64,000 bases of DNA from an uncultured Dehalococcoidales bacterium (lineage in GTDB: Bacteria > Chloroflexota > Dehalococcoidia > Dehalococcoidales > UBA5627), in the NCBI GenBank assembly GCA_964399425.1, contig CAYNQR010000002.1:26558-90557 (forward strand). The letters are read 5' to 3'. Position numbers and translations under genes: made by a program. This document shows, one piece after another, positions 51,910-61,417 of the stretch. The notes beneath the pieces are model-generated. The model saw nothing but the letters and a program-made list of their open reading frames with translations. It ran no database searches and had not been told where the DNA came from. The stretch's first letter is position 1, and each line of letters opens with the position of its first letter.

Positions 51910-52380
51910 CTAATCTTCGGAAGTCTGTTCATCTTCTTCTTTACCGTTATACTCGATAAGCTCCCACCTGACCATCCCGTCTTCTATCAACTGGCGAATC
52001 TTCTTTTGGGCATAGGTCAACTGGCAGTGTTTGCCGGTTTTGATTTCCATGATTACCACTTCCTGAGGGTCGCCCTGCGCCAGTCCCGGAAAGACAATCA
52101 TATCTATCGGGCTGCCGATGAACCTGGCTTCGGTGGGGTCGTATTTGAATTCGGGGAGATAAGGCGTCATCTGTTCGGTGAATTTTCCGGCAAGTACGGC
52201 GCGGCTCCGGGTAATCGCCGATTGGCGGATATTCTTTTTCTCCTGTTCCAGGGCGATGATTTCGCTTTCCTGCCAATGCCTGAAGATATTTTTATAACGC
52301 CAGTTTATTAAATAATATGAAATAACGATTATAAGGATAGAGATTATCGAGGCGATTGCGATTATCATCCATGTATCCAT
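51910..52380 (-). CDS. membrane-anchored Holliday-junction-resolvase-like endonuclease family protein
   Basis: An N-terminal TM helix is present. ARFIGSPIDMIVFPGL...VVIMEIKTGKHCQLTYAQKKIRQLIEDGMVRWE resembles the Hjc-related endonuclease family. The ATG at 52380 avoids overlap with pyrE. Confidence 0.65.
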   Translation of the reverse strand: MDTWMIIAIASIISILIIVISYYLINWRYKNIFRHWQESEIIALEQEKKNIRQSAITRSRAVLAGKFTEQMTPYLPEFKYDPTEARFIGSPIDMIVFPGLAQGDPQEVVIMEIKTGKHCQLTYAQKKIRQLIEDGMVRWELIEYNGKEEDEQTSED

Positions 52381-52403
52381 GTAAGATATCCTGCCCGTTT
52401 TAT

Positions 52404-52976
52404 TTATTTTGCGGATTGATTGCTGCTGCCGAGTTTTACCAGGGGAACGCCGGAAGCGCATAAGGGGCAATTTCCCGGCTTGTAAGTGACTGTTTCAGAG
52501 CGCAGGCAGCTGAATAGCTCCGCTTCAAAATCGTGTTCCTGCTCGGAACGGTCTACAAGTACCCCGATACCGGCGACCAGTCCGCCCTGTTCGCGCACTA
52601 AATCCAGAACTTCGCGCAGGGATTTGCCGGTAGTAAGAATATCGTCGACAACAAGCACTCTTTCTCCCGGTTTGACGCCGAATCCGCGACGGAAAGCTCT
52701 TCTGTCGCCTTCTTTTTCGGCAAAAAGACTCCTGACATTCAGTTGCCTGCCGACTTCATGCGCCAGGATAATGCCGCCGGTGGTCGGGCCGGCTACGATT
52801 TCAATATTATAAGCGGCAAAATGTTTACTGATAAGACCGCAAAGCTGTTCGGTATATCGGGGATGCTGCAAAACGTGAAACTTTTCCCAGTAAACGGGCG
52901 AATGCAGTCCGGATGTCAGCAAAAAATGCCCTTCCAGAATGGCTCCTGATTTTTTAAATATTTCCTGTGTATTCAT
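52404..52976 (-). CDS. pyrE: orotate phosphoribosyltransferase
   Basis: The PRPP-binding motif VLVVDDILTTGKS is present. The length is typical at 190 aa. Confidence 0.92.
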   Translation of the reverse strand: MNTQEIFKKSGAILEGHFLLTSGLHSPVYWEKFHVLQHPRYTEQLCGLISKHFAAYNIEIVAGPTTGGIILAHEVGRQLNVRSLFAEKEGDRRAFRRGFGVKPGERVLVVDDILTTGKSLREVLDLVREQGGLVAGIGVLVDRSEQEHDFEAELFSCLRSETVTYKPGNCPLCASGVPLVKLGSSNQSAK

Positions 52977-52980
52977 AGCA

Positions 52981-53547
52981 TCATTTAAATGAATAATTCA
53001 GTACCAAGCCGAAATCAGACAATGGTGAATATGAAAACCATGCTTTGCCGACGATATCCGCACGTGCAACAAACCAGCCGTAATGCGAATCGCCGCTGTT
53101 ATTACGGTTATCTCCCAGTACGAAGTAATGATTTTCAGGTATGACATCACTGGTATAAGTATAATCGGGATCATCCAATATATATGCCGATTCGTCCAGC
53201 GCCAGCACATTACCGTCTGTCTGATGGATGTAAACCGTGCCGTTTTTTATCTCGACGACTTCACCGGGAAGCCCGATAACACGCTTAATATAATCGTTAT
53301 CGGAATTTACGGGCGGGTCGAAAATAATGATATCGCCTCTTTGCGGCTCCGAAAACAAATATGCCACCTTGTTAACAAGTATTTTTTGTCCGTGGCTGAG
53401 ATTCGGTTCCATGCTGGAACCGTCGACGACGGCTTTACTGGCAAAAGTCTGCACCAGCAGGAAAAGTGCGATTGCCAGTGCTAAAATTCCGGCAAATTCG
53501 AGAAGCAGACTCTTTACGTTATTCGAATTAAATAAATTGTTTTCCAA
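52981..53547 (-). CDS. lepB: signal peptidase I
   Basis: SSMEPNL is the catalytic Ser box, YIKRVIGLPGE the Lys box, and GDNRNNSGDS is also present. Confidence 0.93.
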   Translation of the reverse strand: MENNLFNSNNVKSLLLEFAGILALAIALFLLVQTFASKAVVDGSSMEPNLSHGQKILVNKVAYLFSEPQRGDIIIFDPPVNSDNDYIKRVIGLPGEVVEIKNGTVYIHQTDGNVLALDESAYILDDPDYTYTSDVIPENHYFVLGDNRNNSGDSHYGWFVARADIVGKAWFSYSPLSDFGLVLNYSFK

Positions 53548-53673
53548 GATATTCAGAATTATAAACTATTTATTACCGCTTGCCAAACGGAATAAATGTT
53601 TTACAGTTACTTCTCTATAGAAGTATAATTGTACGGTTATAATAATAAATTTAGTAAGATAAAAGGAGAAAAA

Positions 53674-54420
53674 ATGAAAAAATTATCAGTATTTTTTGCC
53701 GTTTTACTTTTAATCCCTCTCATAACGATATTATCAGGTTGCGATATGTACGGAACTTCCAGCGATACTGCCGTTTCGCAGGCAATAAACAGCGACCAGG
53801 CTATTGGAATTTCAGTCACCGGTGTCGGTGAGGTGGATGTTACTCCTGATATTGCGCTGGTAAATATCGGCGTGCAGGTACAGATGAAGACACTGGCGGA
53901 AGCGCAGCAACAGGCTACGGAATCTATGGCCGCCGTTACGGATGTATTAAAAAATTACAGTATAGCCGATAAGGACATCCAAACAGCCAACTATAGCATT
54001 CAGCCGGTTTGGGCATGGGTGGATTCCGATTATGTGTTTATCGGATATAAAGTCACTAACATCGTTAATGTTAAGATAAGAGATATGAATGCCATCGGCG
54101 ATGTAATAGATGATGCCGTTTTTGCCGGCGGTGAATACGTGATTGTTAACGGTATTACTTTTACGATTGATAATCCTGCTGATTATTATGAGGATGCCCG
54201 TTCGGCAGCGATGGATGATGCCAAGGCAAAAGCTACCCAGCTGGCGAAATCAGCCGGCGTAAAGGTAGGGAAAGCAATCAGCATCTATGAAAGCGCTTAC
54301 TATTCAATCAATAAGTCGGGTGTTCAATCTGTGGAAATTGACGGCAGGGTATCGACCGGCATCAGCGCCGGGGAATTGACAGTCTCCGTTACCGTACAGG
54401 TGGTTTATACGATAGCATAA
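53674..54420 (+). CDS. SIMPL (DUF541) domain lipoprotein
   Basis: The signal peptide ends in LSGC. GVGEVDVTPDIALVNIGV...A is typical of the SIMPL family. The ATG at 53674 follows AAGGAG. Confidence 0.8.
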   Translation: MKKLSVFFAVLLLIPLITILSGCDMYGTSSDTAVSQAINSDQAIGISVTGVGEVDVTPDIALVNIGVQVQMKTLAEAQQQATESMAAVTDVLKNYSIADKDIQTANYSIQPVWAWVDSDYVFIGYKVTNIVNVKIRDMNAIGDVIDDAVFAGGEYVIVNGITFTIDNPADYYEDARSAAMDDAKAKATQLAKSAGVKVGKAISIYESAYYSINKSGVQSVEIDGRVSTGISAGELTVSVTVQVVYTIA

Positions 54421-54459
54421 ACAATAACTTTAGGAATATTAACCTGAATATGTTATGAT

Positions 54460-54496
54460 ATCAGGGGCTTAGTTATCATAAGCCCCTGATTTTATT
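54460..54496 (+). terminator. intrinsic terminator
   Basis: ATCAGGGGCTTA-gttatca-TAAGCCCCTGAT is followed by TTTATT. Confidence 0.8.
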
Positions 54497-54558
54497 CGGC
54501 TTACCAAAGCAAATATTCTATTCGGCAACTATTCAAAAACAAAGGGTATTTACTAAAA

Positions 54559-55551
54559 TTGATATGGCTTAAACTTGTTGTTTGCTGTTTGATTATACTA
54601 TTTGCCGGCACCAAGCTTGCCCGGTATGGGGATGCCATCTCCGAACGGACAGGGTTGGGTCGCATGTGGATAGGACTCATCTTAATCGGACTTGTTACCT
54701 CGATGCCGGAAATGGTTACCGGCGTCAGTTCGGCCGCTATCGTCGGGCAGCCCGACCTGGCACTCGGTAATTTCTGGGGTAGCTGCATTTTCAACCTTGT
54801 CATTTTGGCTGTTTTGGATATTTTCTATAGAAAAGAACCCCTGTTATCGGCTGCCAGTAGCAGGTATATTCTGCCGGCTTTCCTCGGTATAGTACTAATT
54901 GCCGTAGCCGTTATCAGTATTGTAATAGGCGACGGTGTTACAGGTCTCTCTCTAGGCTGGCTCGGCTTAACCAGTATTCTCATATTTGCCTTATACATAA
55001 TCGGTATCCGCCAGATGTTTATACATAACAAGAAATACCCGGAACCGGTTGTCGAAGAGGAATCGCAGTATGGGCAACTAAGCAACTTGAAGATATACGG
55101 CAACTTTGCCGTCGCTGCCATGGGAATTATAGGAGGCGGGATATGGCTGTCGTTTATCGGTGATGAAATAGCAGTTACCTATAACCTGAGCGCCAGTTTT
55201 GTAGGCAGTCTCTTCCTGGCTATCGCTACCTCGCTTCCGGAAATCGTGGTGGCTGTAACGGCGTTGCGTATAGGAGCTATCGACCTGGCCGTCGGCGATA
55301 TTCTGGGAGCGAATATGTTGAATACCGCCAATATATTCATTACCGACATATTCTATACCGGTGGTCCATTATTATCGGAGGTATCATCAAAAAACCTTTT
55401 CACTGCGCTGGCAATGGTCACAATGACTCTGATAGTTATACTGGGGCTCAAGTTCAAGAGTAAACGCAAAACATTCGGCATTATCAGCTGGCATTCCTTA
55501 TTAATATTGTGCATATACATATCTACATCTTGGCTTCTGTTTAATTATTAA
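54559..55551 (+). CDS. Ca2+/cation antiporter (CaCA, YrbG-like) family protein
   Basis: Two alpha-repeats are present (GLVTSMPEMVTGVSS and AIATSLPEIVVAVTA), with about 10 TM helices. Confidence 0.82.
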   Translation: MIWLKLVVCCLIILFAGTKLARYGDAISERTGLGRMWIGLILIGLVTSMPEMVTGVSSAAIVGQPDLALGNFWGSCIFNLVILAVLDIFYRKEPLLSAASSRYILPAFLGIVLIAVAVISIVIGDGVTGLSLGWLGLTSILIFALYIIGIRQMFIHNKKYPEPVVEEESQYGQLSNLKIYGNFAVAAMGIIGGGIWLSFIGDEIAVTYNLSASFVGSLFLAIATSLPEIVVAVTALRIGAIDLAVGDILGANMLNTANIFITDIFYTGGPLLSEVSSKNLFTALAMVTMTLIVILGLKFKSKRKTFGIISWHSLLILCIYISTSWLLFNY

Positions 55552-55629
55552 CGGAAACGTTTTCATTAAAAATCCCCGATTATTTTTTTCTGTTTGCACT
55601 TATAAAAAAGAGAGTGTTAGAATGGTATC

Positions 55630-56724
55630 ATGGACTATATGGAACAGGCGCTATCCATGGCCAAGCTGGCACTGGGGCAGGTAAGCCCGAATCCGGCTGT
55701 CGGCGCTGTGGTAGTTAAAAATGAAGAAATTATCGGCAAGGGTTATACGCAACCCCCAGGTTCCAGTCATGCCGAAATCGTAGCGCTCGAGCAGGCAGGA
55801 GATAATTCACGCGGAGCGGCAATATATGTCACACTGGAACCCTGTTGCCATTACGGACGCACACCTCCGTGCACTGAATCTATTATAGAAGCCGGTATCA
55901 GTGAAGTGCATATGGCGATTCTCGACCCGAATCCGCTGGTCAGTGGTAAAGGAAAAGCAGCGCTGGAAAATGCCGGTATAAAAACCTTTCTCGGCGAAAA
56001 AGATAAAAAAGCCAGGGAAATCAACGAAGCTTACATAAAGTTTCAATTGACAGGGTTGCCTTTTGTTACCGTGAAATATGCCATGAGTCTCGATGGTAAA
56101 ATAGCTACTTTTACCGGGGATTCCAAGTGGATAAGCGGTGAGGAATCGAGGCATTTCGTTCACAACCTGCGCTATATGAACGATGCAGTTATGGCAGGTG
56201 TAAATACGGTGCTGGCAGATGACCCGCAGCTTACCGCCAGGTGTGGAGGAGGGCGGGGTGGAACTGCCAAGAAGCAACCATTAAGGATAATAATCGACGG
56301 AATGGGAGTTACTCCTGTTACAGCCAGAGTCTTTTGTGAACCCGGGAAAACGATAGTCGTCATCGGAAGAAAAACGACAGAAAGAGAAAGAGAAGCATAT
56401 CAAAGTGTCGGCGCGGAAATACTGGAAATACCGTCGAAAGACGGCTATATCGAATTGAAAGAACTGATGGCGGAACTGGGTAAAAGGCAAATAATGAGCG
56501 TATTGGTAGAGGGAGGCAGCATCCTTTTCGGGTCTTTGTTCGACCAGAAACTGGTTCATAAGGTAGTCGCTTTTGTTGCCCCGATAATAATAGGCGGAGA
56601 GAAAGCGAAAACGGCTATCGGCGGCAGGGGAGTGGAAAAAATCATGGATGCGGTTAAACTTAAAAACATAGTCGAGGAAAGATTCGGCGACGATATCATG
56701 TTTATCGGATATGTAAAGGAATAA
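55630..56724 (+). CDS. ribD: bifunctional riboflavin biosynthesis deaminase/reductase
   Basis: The deaminase zinc motifs are HAEIVAL and PCCHYGRTPPC. A C-terminal reductase domain is present. Confidence 0.95.
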   Translation: MDYMEQALSMAKLALGQVSPNPAVGAVVVKNEEIIGKGYTQPPGSSHAEIVALEQAGDNSRGAAIYVTLEPCCHYGRTPPCTESIIEAGISEVHMAILDPNPLVSGKGKAALENAGIKTFLGEKDKKAREINEAYIKFQLTGLPFVTVKYAMSLDGKIATFTGDSKWISGEESRHFVHNLRYMNDAVMAGVNTVLADDPQLTARCGGGRGGTAKKQPLRIIIDGMGVTPVTARVFCEPGKTIVVIGRKTTEREREAYQSVGAEILEIPSKDGYIELKELMAELGKRQIMSVLVEGGSILFGSLFDQKLVHKVVAFVAPIIIGGEKAKTAIGGRGVEKIMDAVKLKNIVEERFGDDIMFIGYVKE

Positions 56725-56728
56725 CGAT

Positions 56729-57367
56729 ATGTTTACAGGGATAGTACAGGAAATCGGTATAATAAAAGATATATCCTTTAACAGGATTACCGTAATCGCA
56801 TGCAAAGTGTTGAAGAATATGCAGTTGGGCGAAAGCATTGCAGTTAACGGGGCTTGCCTTACTGTTTCAGAATATACGGAAAACACATTCACCGTAGATG
56901 TTATGCCGGAGACTTTGAAAAGAACCACATTAAAACAGCTCAGGAAGAACGATGAAGTGAATCTGGAACGGGCGCTGACATTGGACGGTTTACTGGGCGG
57001 ACATCTGGTCCAGGGTCATGTGGATGCAACCGGAATAATTCTATCCATAAAAGACGACGGCGGCGCTTCGATTTTTAAGATACAGACATCGAAAGAACTC
57101 ATGAGCTTCGTAGTGGAAAAAGGGTCTATTACCGTCGACGGCATCAGTCTTACGGTTATGGAAAGAACCGATACCACATTCGACATCTCTATTGTTGCTT
57201 TTACTATGGAGAATACGGTAATGTGCAATCGCAAGGTCGGAGATATTGTAAATCTTGAATCCGATGTTCTGGCAAAATATATAGTTCAATTCAACAAAAT
57301 GGGAGTTCCCGCCAGCAATATAACCTTCGATTTCCTTCAGGAAAACGGATTTTTATCGGCGGGGTAA
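56729..57367 (+). CDS. ribE: riboflavin synthase
   Basis: MFTGIVQEIG is present, with the internal duplicated lumazine-binding repeat (SLTV). Confidence 0.95.
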   Translation: MFTGIVQEIGIIKDISFNRITVIACKVLKNMQLGESIAVNGACLTVSEYTENTFTVDVMPETLKRTTLKQLRKNDEVNLERALTLDGLLGGHLVQGHVDATGIILSIKDDGGASIFKIQTSKELMSFVVEKGSITVDGISLTVMERTDTTFDISIVAFTMENTVMCNRKVGDIVNLESDVLAKYIVQFNKMGVPASNITFDFLQENGFLSAG

Positions 57368-57389
57368 ACTTATTCTTACCGAGGTATAA

Positions 57390-58586
57390 ATGGTAATATC
57401 GAGCATAGAAGAAGCAATCAAGGATATAAGAGAAGGCAAATTCGTTATTATTGTCGATGATGAAGACAGGGAGAACGAGGGCGACCTGGCAATAGCGGCC
57501 GAGAAGATAACCACGGAAGCCGTCAACTTCATGGTGAAGCATGCGCGTGGACTGGTATGCCTGCCGGTTAAGGGTGAACGGCTGGATGAACTGGAGATAC
57601 CGATGATGGTATCGCATAATACATCGAAGTTTACCACTGCCTTTACAGTCTCGATAGAAGCCAAGCACGGAGTCACCACGGGTATATCGGCGAAGGACAG
57701 GGCAGAGACGATAAAAGCGGTCATCAATCCGGAAACCAAACCGTCTGACATAGCCCGCCCCGGGCATATATTTCCGTTAAGGGCCAGGGAAGGCGGGGTG
57801 CTTGTCAGGGCGGGGCATACCGAAGCGATAGTGGATTTGGCGAAGATGGCGGGGTTGTATCCGGCCGGCGTCATCTGTGAAATTATGAGTGAAGACGGTT
57901 CGATGGCAAAGCTGCCGGAGTTGAAAGAGATTGCGGACAAATTCGGTATAAAAATAGTCAGCATAGCCGACCTGATAACCTACAGGCGCCGGCATGAAAA
58001 GCTGGTAAAGCGTGTAGCTGAAGCGAAGTTGCCGACCCGCTACGGTGAATTCAGGATAATCGCTTATAAGAGCGACATGGATGCCGACCAGCATGTAGCG
58101 CTGGTGATGGGAGATATAGAAAGCGATGAACCGGTACTGGTGAGGGTGCACAGCGAATGTCTTACGGGAGATGTCTTCGGCAGTATGCGTTGCGATTGCG
58201 GCGAACAGATAAATGTAGCGTTGGAGATGATTGCGAAAGAAAAGCGCGGAGTACTGTTATATATGAGACAGGAGGGGCGCGGCATCGGCATACACAACAA
58301 GATTTGCGCCTATGAGTTGCAGGATAACGGGTTGGATACCGTGGAAGCCAATCTTGCGTTAGGGTTTCCGGCAGATTTAAGGGATTACGGAATCGGGGCG
58401 CAAATACTTAACGATTTGAAATTAAACAAGATAAGATTACTCACCAATAACCCGAAGAAGGTAATCGGGCTTGAGGGGTACAGGCTTGAGGTGGTGGAAA
58501 CGGTGCCGATAATCATCGAGCCTAACCCATATAACCGGTGTTATCTGGAAACCAAGAAAGAAAAGATGGGGCATATACTGGAATAG
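57390..58586 (+). CDS. ribBA: bifunctional DHBP synthase / GTP cyclohydrolase II
   Basis: [11 protein letters not shown] marks RibB. The RibA zinc site is [18 protein letters not shown]. Confidence 0.95.
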   Translation: MVISSIEEAIKDIREGKFVIIVDDEDRENEGDLAIAAEKITTEAVNFMVKHARGLVCLPVKGERLDELEIPMMVSHNTSKFTTAFTVSIEAKHGVTTGISAKDRAETIKAVINPETKPSDIARPGHIFPLRAREGGVLVRAGHTEAIVDLAKMAGLYPAGVICEIMSEDGSMAKLPELKEIADKFGIKIVSIADLITYRRRHEKLVKRVAEAKLPTRYGEFRIIAYKSDMDADQHVALVMGDIESDEPVLVRVHSECLTGDVFGSMRCDCGEQINVALEMIAKEKRGVLLYMRQEGRGIGIHNKICAYELQDNGLDTVEANLALGFPADLRDYGIGAQILNDLKLNKIRLLTNNPKKVIGLEGYRLEVVETVPIIIEPNPYNRCYLETKKEKMGHILE

Positions 58587-58616
58587 AAAATAACACTATC
58601 TATAGCGGAGGGAATC

Positions 58617-59084
58617 ATGAACAAGAGTATTGAAGGAATGCTGGTCGGAAAAGGATTAAAGTTTGGAATAATCGTTTCGCGTTTTAATGAATTCATATCG
58701 AACAAGCTGCTTGAAGGGTGCAGGGATGGGCTGGTAAGACACGAGGTGGCTGAAAACGACATCTATGTCGCCTGGACGCCGGGGTCATTTGAAATCCCGC
58801 TGGTAGCCCTTAAAATGGCTAAATCGAAGAAATACGATGCGATAATATGTCTGGGAGCGATTATACGCGGCGGCACACCCCATTTCGATTATGTGGCAGC
58901 TGAATATACCAAGGGAATCGCGAAGGTATCTCTGGATACCGAGATGCCGGTAATCAATGGCGTCATCACTGCCGATAATCTGGAGCAGGCAATCGAGAGA
59001 GCCGGAGCCAAGATGGGCAACAAGGGCTTTGCGGCAGCCACCAGCGCCATCGAAATGGCTAACTTGCTTAAGGGGTTGAGTTAA
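58617..59084 (+). CDS. ribH: 6,7-dimethyl-8-ribityllumazine synthase
   Basis: [12 protein letters not shown]...VPGSFEIP...[14 protein letters not shown] are present. Confidence 0.95.
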   Translation: MNKSIEGMLVGKGLKFGIIVSRFNEFISNKLLEGCRDGLVRHEVAENDIYVAWTPGSFEIPLVALKMAKSKKYDAIICLGAIIRGGTPHFDYVAAEYTKGIAKVSLDTEMPVINGVITADNLEQAIERAGAKMGNKGFAAATSAIEMANLLKGLS

Positions 59085-59098
59085 TAAGGGAAACCTTG

Positions 59099-59350
59099 TT
59101 ATACAACTTTATAGACTGTATCGCCGGGTCTAACGCGTTCGGTAACCTTGATGCCGATTGCATCTCCGGCTTTGGCGGAAGTTACTGTTTTGTTATCTAC
59201 CTGCATTGAAGATACAACTAGTTCTATATCGGTTGTATGTCCCTTAATGCGAATTAAATCGCCAGTATCGAGTTCTCCCGAAAGTTCGATACCGGCAACC
59301 ACCGGATGAGCGAAGAAATCCGATACCGTACCGACTTTTATTTCAGGCAT
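59099..59350 (-). CDS. small EF-Tu domain-2-like beta-barrel protein
   Basis: 83 aa. Its pattern G.V..F......G.....G.L..GD.I.I.G....EL.V.SMQ......SA.AGD.IG resembles translation-factor domain II. Confidence 0.5.
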   Translation of the reverse strand: MPEIKVGTVSDFFAHPVVAGIELSGELDTGDLIRIKGHTTDIELVVSSMQVDNKTVTSAKAGDAIGIKVTERVRPGDTVYKVV

Positions 59351-59431
59351 TTCATTCCTCCTTCATTTAGTAGTGACTTTGTTAGTATATGCTATGAATA
59401 TTACCAAAGCAATAGATAAAGGGGAATTATT

Positions 59432-59460
59432 TTGACATATTTATTGCTGTCACGTATAAT
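59432..59460 (+). promoter_or_regulatory. consensus sigma70 promoter (TTGACA-17-TATAAT)
   Basis: TTGACA tatttattgctgtcacg TATAAT is followed by the palindrome TTTTCTCCGGAGAAAA at 59481-59496. Confidence 0.65.
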
Positions 59461-59518
59461 TAGCCTGTTTTTATCCTGATTTTTCTCCGGAGAAAATTTT
59501 TAAAAATGGGGTTGAAAA

Positions 59519-59743
59519 TTGGCAAAAGATAACCAGAGCGGCGCCAAACAGCAGACTGAAAGTATCGATAAATTAGAGCAGCGTCTGGATATGCTGGACC
59601 GTCGTCTGGACGATATAGACAGTATGGTGTCTGCCGCTATCGAAAGGGTTATGAGCCAGCCGGTAACACTACAGATAAATTGCCCCAATTGCGGGAAGAA
59701 TATAGAAATATCTCTGGTCGGTGTTAAGAAGCCCGGCATCTAG
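59519..59743 (+). CDS. hypothetical small protein (coiled-coil plus single CxxC)
   Basis: 74 aa with a TTG start. It contains LEQRLDMLDRRLDDIDSM and CPNCGKNIEI, and it lies directly upstream of bioY. No family was recognised. Confidence 0.35.
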   Translation: MAKDNQSGAKQQTESIDKLEQRLDMLDRRLDDIDSMVSAAIERVMSQPVTLQINCPNCGKNIEISLVGVKKPGI

Positions 59744-59764
59744 TCTTAATGCTGGAGGAAATTT

Positions 59765-60382
59765 ATGCAGATATTATCAGCAATCGATAGAACCAGGTAT
59801 AACATTTTCGAATGGCGATATAGTTTGAGCATTCCCTGGAAGCTGGCTATGGCTGTCGCAATGGCGGCAATGACCGGTTTGCTTGCCCAGGTGAGGATAT
59901 TTGTCGAATGGAGTCCTGTTCCTATTACCGGACAGACGCTGGCAGTGTTATTAGCCGGTGTTTTGCTCGGCAGGCGCTGGGGTGGAGCCAGTATGGCAAT
60001 TTATGCTGTGCTCGGCGTAGCCGGAATCCCCTGGTTCAACGGCTGGACGAGTGGTTTGGGTGCTACGGGCGGTTATCTTATCGGTTTTATTTTGGCTGCC
60101 CTTTTCATAGGCTATTTTACCGATAAATATATTAAATCCAGATATTTCATCAGTATGCTGGGTGTTATGCTATTTGCCAGTATGTTCCTTATTTACGTTC
60201 CGGGTGTTATCTGGCTGGGGTTATGGTTAAAAGCAGTCAGCGGCGTATCGATCGGTATTATCCCACTGATTACTATGGGAGTGGCTCCGTTTGTCATCGG
60301 CGATATCGTTAAATGCGTTGCTGCGGCGTTGATTGCTAAAACGGTGACACCTAAAAAAGACTATACCGGCAATAATCCGTAA
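59765..60382 (+). CDS. bioY: biotin transporter BioY (ECF S component)
   Basis: PITGQTLAVLLAGVLLG...GGYLIGF...PFVIGDIVKCVAAA are typical BioY motifs. Confidence 0.9.
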   Translation: MQILSAIDRTRYNIFEWRYSLSIPWKLAMAVAMAAMTGLLAQVRIFVEWSPVPITGQTLAVLLAGVLLGRRWGGASMAIYAVLGVAGIPWFNGWTSGLGATGGYLIGFILAALFIGYFTDKYIKSRYFISMLGVMLFASMFLIYVPGVIWLGLWLKAVSGVSIGIIPLITMGVAPFVIGDIVKCVAAALIAKTVTPKKDYTGNNP

Positions 60383-60435
60383 TACTTTTATTGACTATAG
60401 TAGCCATAATTAGTAAAATTATCTGTCCCCTATCA

Positions 60436-60512
60436 GGGCGGTTAGCTCAGTTGGTTAGAGCGCTGCGTTGACATCGCAGAGGTCATTGGTTCAAATCCAT
60501 TACCGCCCACCA
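60436..60512 (+). tRNA. tRNA-Val (GAC)
   Basis: The sequence is GGGCGGTTAGCTCAGTTGGTTAGAGCGCTGCGTTGACATCGCAGAGGTCATTGGTTCAAATCCATTACCGCCCACCA. The anticodon loop TTGACAT gives GAC, and CCA is encoded. Confidence 0.95.
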
Positions 60513-60664
60513 TTGTGTACAATAGGCATAACTCCGGATTTGTTTAATTCATTATAATATACCTGTCCCAATATCTGTGATTATTTGCAGTCACGACGAC
60601 AATCTCCTCTGCAACTATCCATGTACCGGCTCTATAATAAAATTAAGATATAGAGGAGGGTATT

Positions 60665-61384
60665 ATGATTAGATTGAGTAAAATGACAGCGTATGTAATT
60701 TTTTCGATAGTATTATTACTATCTCCTTCTTTTGCAGCATGTGAAAACGGCGGAAAAACAATCACTCAGCAGGCGGAACATCAAAACCTGATAAATCTTC
60801 CTGAACCGAGATTTAATAGCGATGTCTCTATTGAACAGGCTTTGCTTGAAAGACGTTCGGTCAGAGATTATTCGGGAGAGCCGTTAATTCTACAGGATGT
60901 GTCGCAATTATTATGGGCGGCACAGGGCATAACGAGTGCATATGGTTTTCGTACCGCACCGTCCGCAGGCGGCACCTATCCGATTGAAGTCTGCCTGGTA
61001 GTCAACGATGTAGCAGACCTGTCGAGCGGGGTATATCGATATCTTCCGGTTGAACATGCAGTAGTAAAGGTGCTTGATGGCGATATGAGGATGGCAATGT
61101 ATAATGCCGCACTGGGGCAGGATTGGGTCAAGGAAGCTTCCATAAATATTGTAATAGCAGCGATTTATGAACGAACTACCGACAGGTATGGAGAAAGAGG
61201 AATCAGGTATGTGCACATGGAAGCCGGGCATGTTGCACAAAACATCTATTTGCAGGCGGCGGCTCTTAATTTGGGTACCGTAGCCATCGGCGCTTTCCAC
61301 GATGACCTTATAAAGGAAGTGCTTACGCTGGGTTTGCAGGAACAACCGCTATACATAATGCCGGTCGGCAGAACACAGTATTGA
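60665..61384 (+). CDS. SagB-type / nitroreductase-family protein with lipoprotein-like signal peptide
   Basis: LERRSVRDYSGEPL...LLWAAQGIT...GGTYP...YVHMEAGHVAQNIYLQAAAL is the nitroreductase/SagB signature. The N-terminal hydrophobic segment ends in SFAAC. Confidence 0.75.
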   Translation: MIRLSKMTAYVIFSIVLLLSPSFAACENGGKTITQQAEHQNLINLPEPRFNSDVSIEQALLERRSVRDYSGEPLILQDVSQLLWAAQGITSAYGFRTAPSAGGTYPIEVCLVVNDVADLSSGVYRYLPVEHAVVKVLDGDMRMAMYNAALGQDWVKEASINIVIAAIYERTTDRYGERGIRYVHMEAGHVAQNIYLQAAALNLGTVAIGAFHDDLIKEVLTLGLQEQPLYIMPVGRTQY

Positions 61385-61417
61385 CATAGCGAATACAGGA
61401 TATTATGAGCTGAATTC

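Noticed and set aside
55552-55629. An FMN riboswitch expected upstream of the ribD-ribE-ribBA-ribH operon.
   Set aside because: The intergenic region is only 78 nt, and none of the conserved FMN-element segments is visible. The regulation is probably different or absent.
60513-60664. A genomic-island integration site downstream of tRNA-Val.
   Set aside because: There is no integrase, no repeat of the tRNA 3' end, and the downstream genes look like ordinary chromosomal genes.
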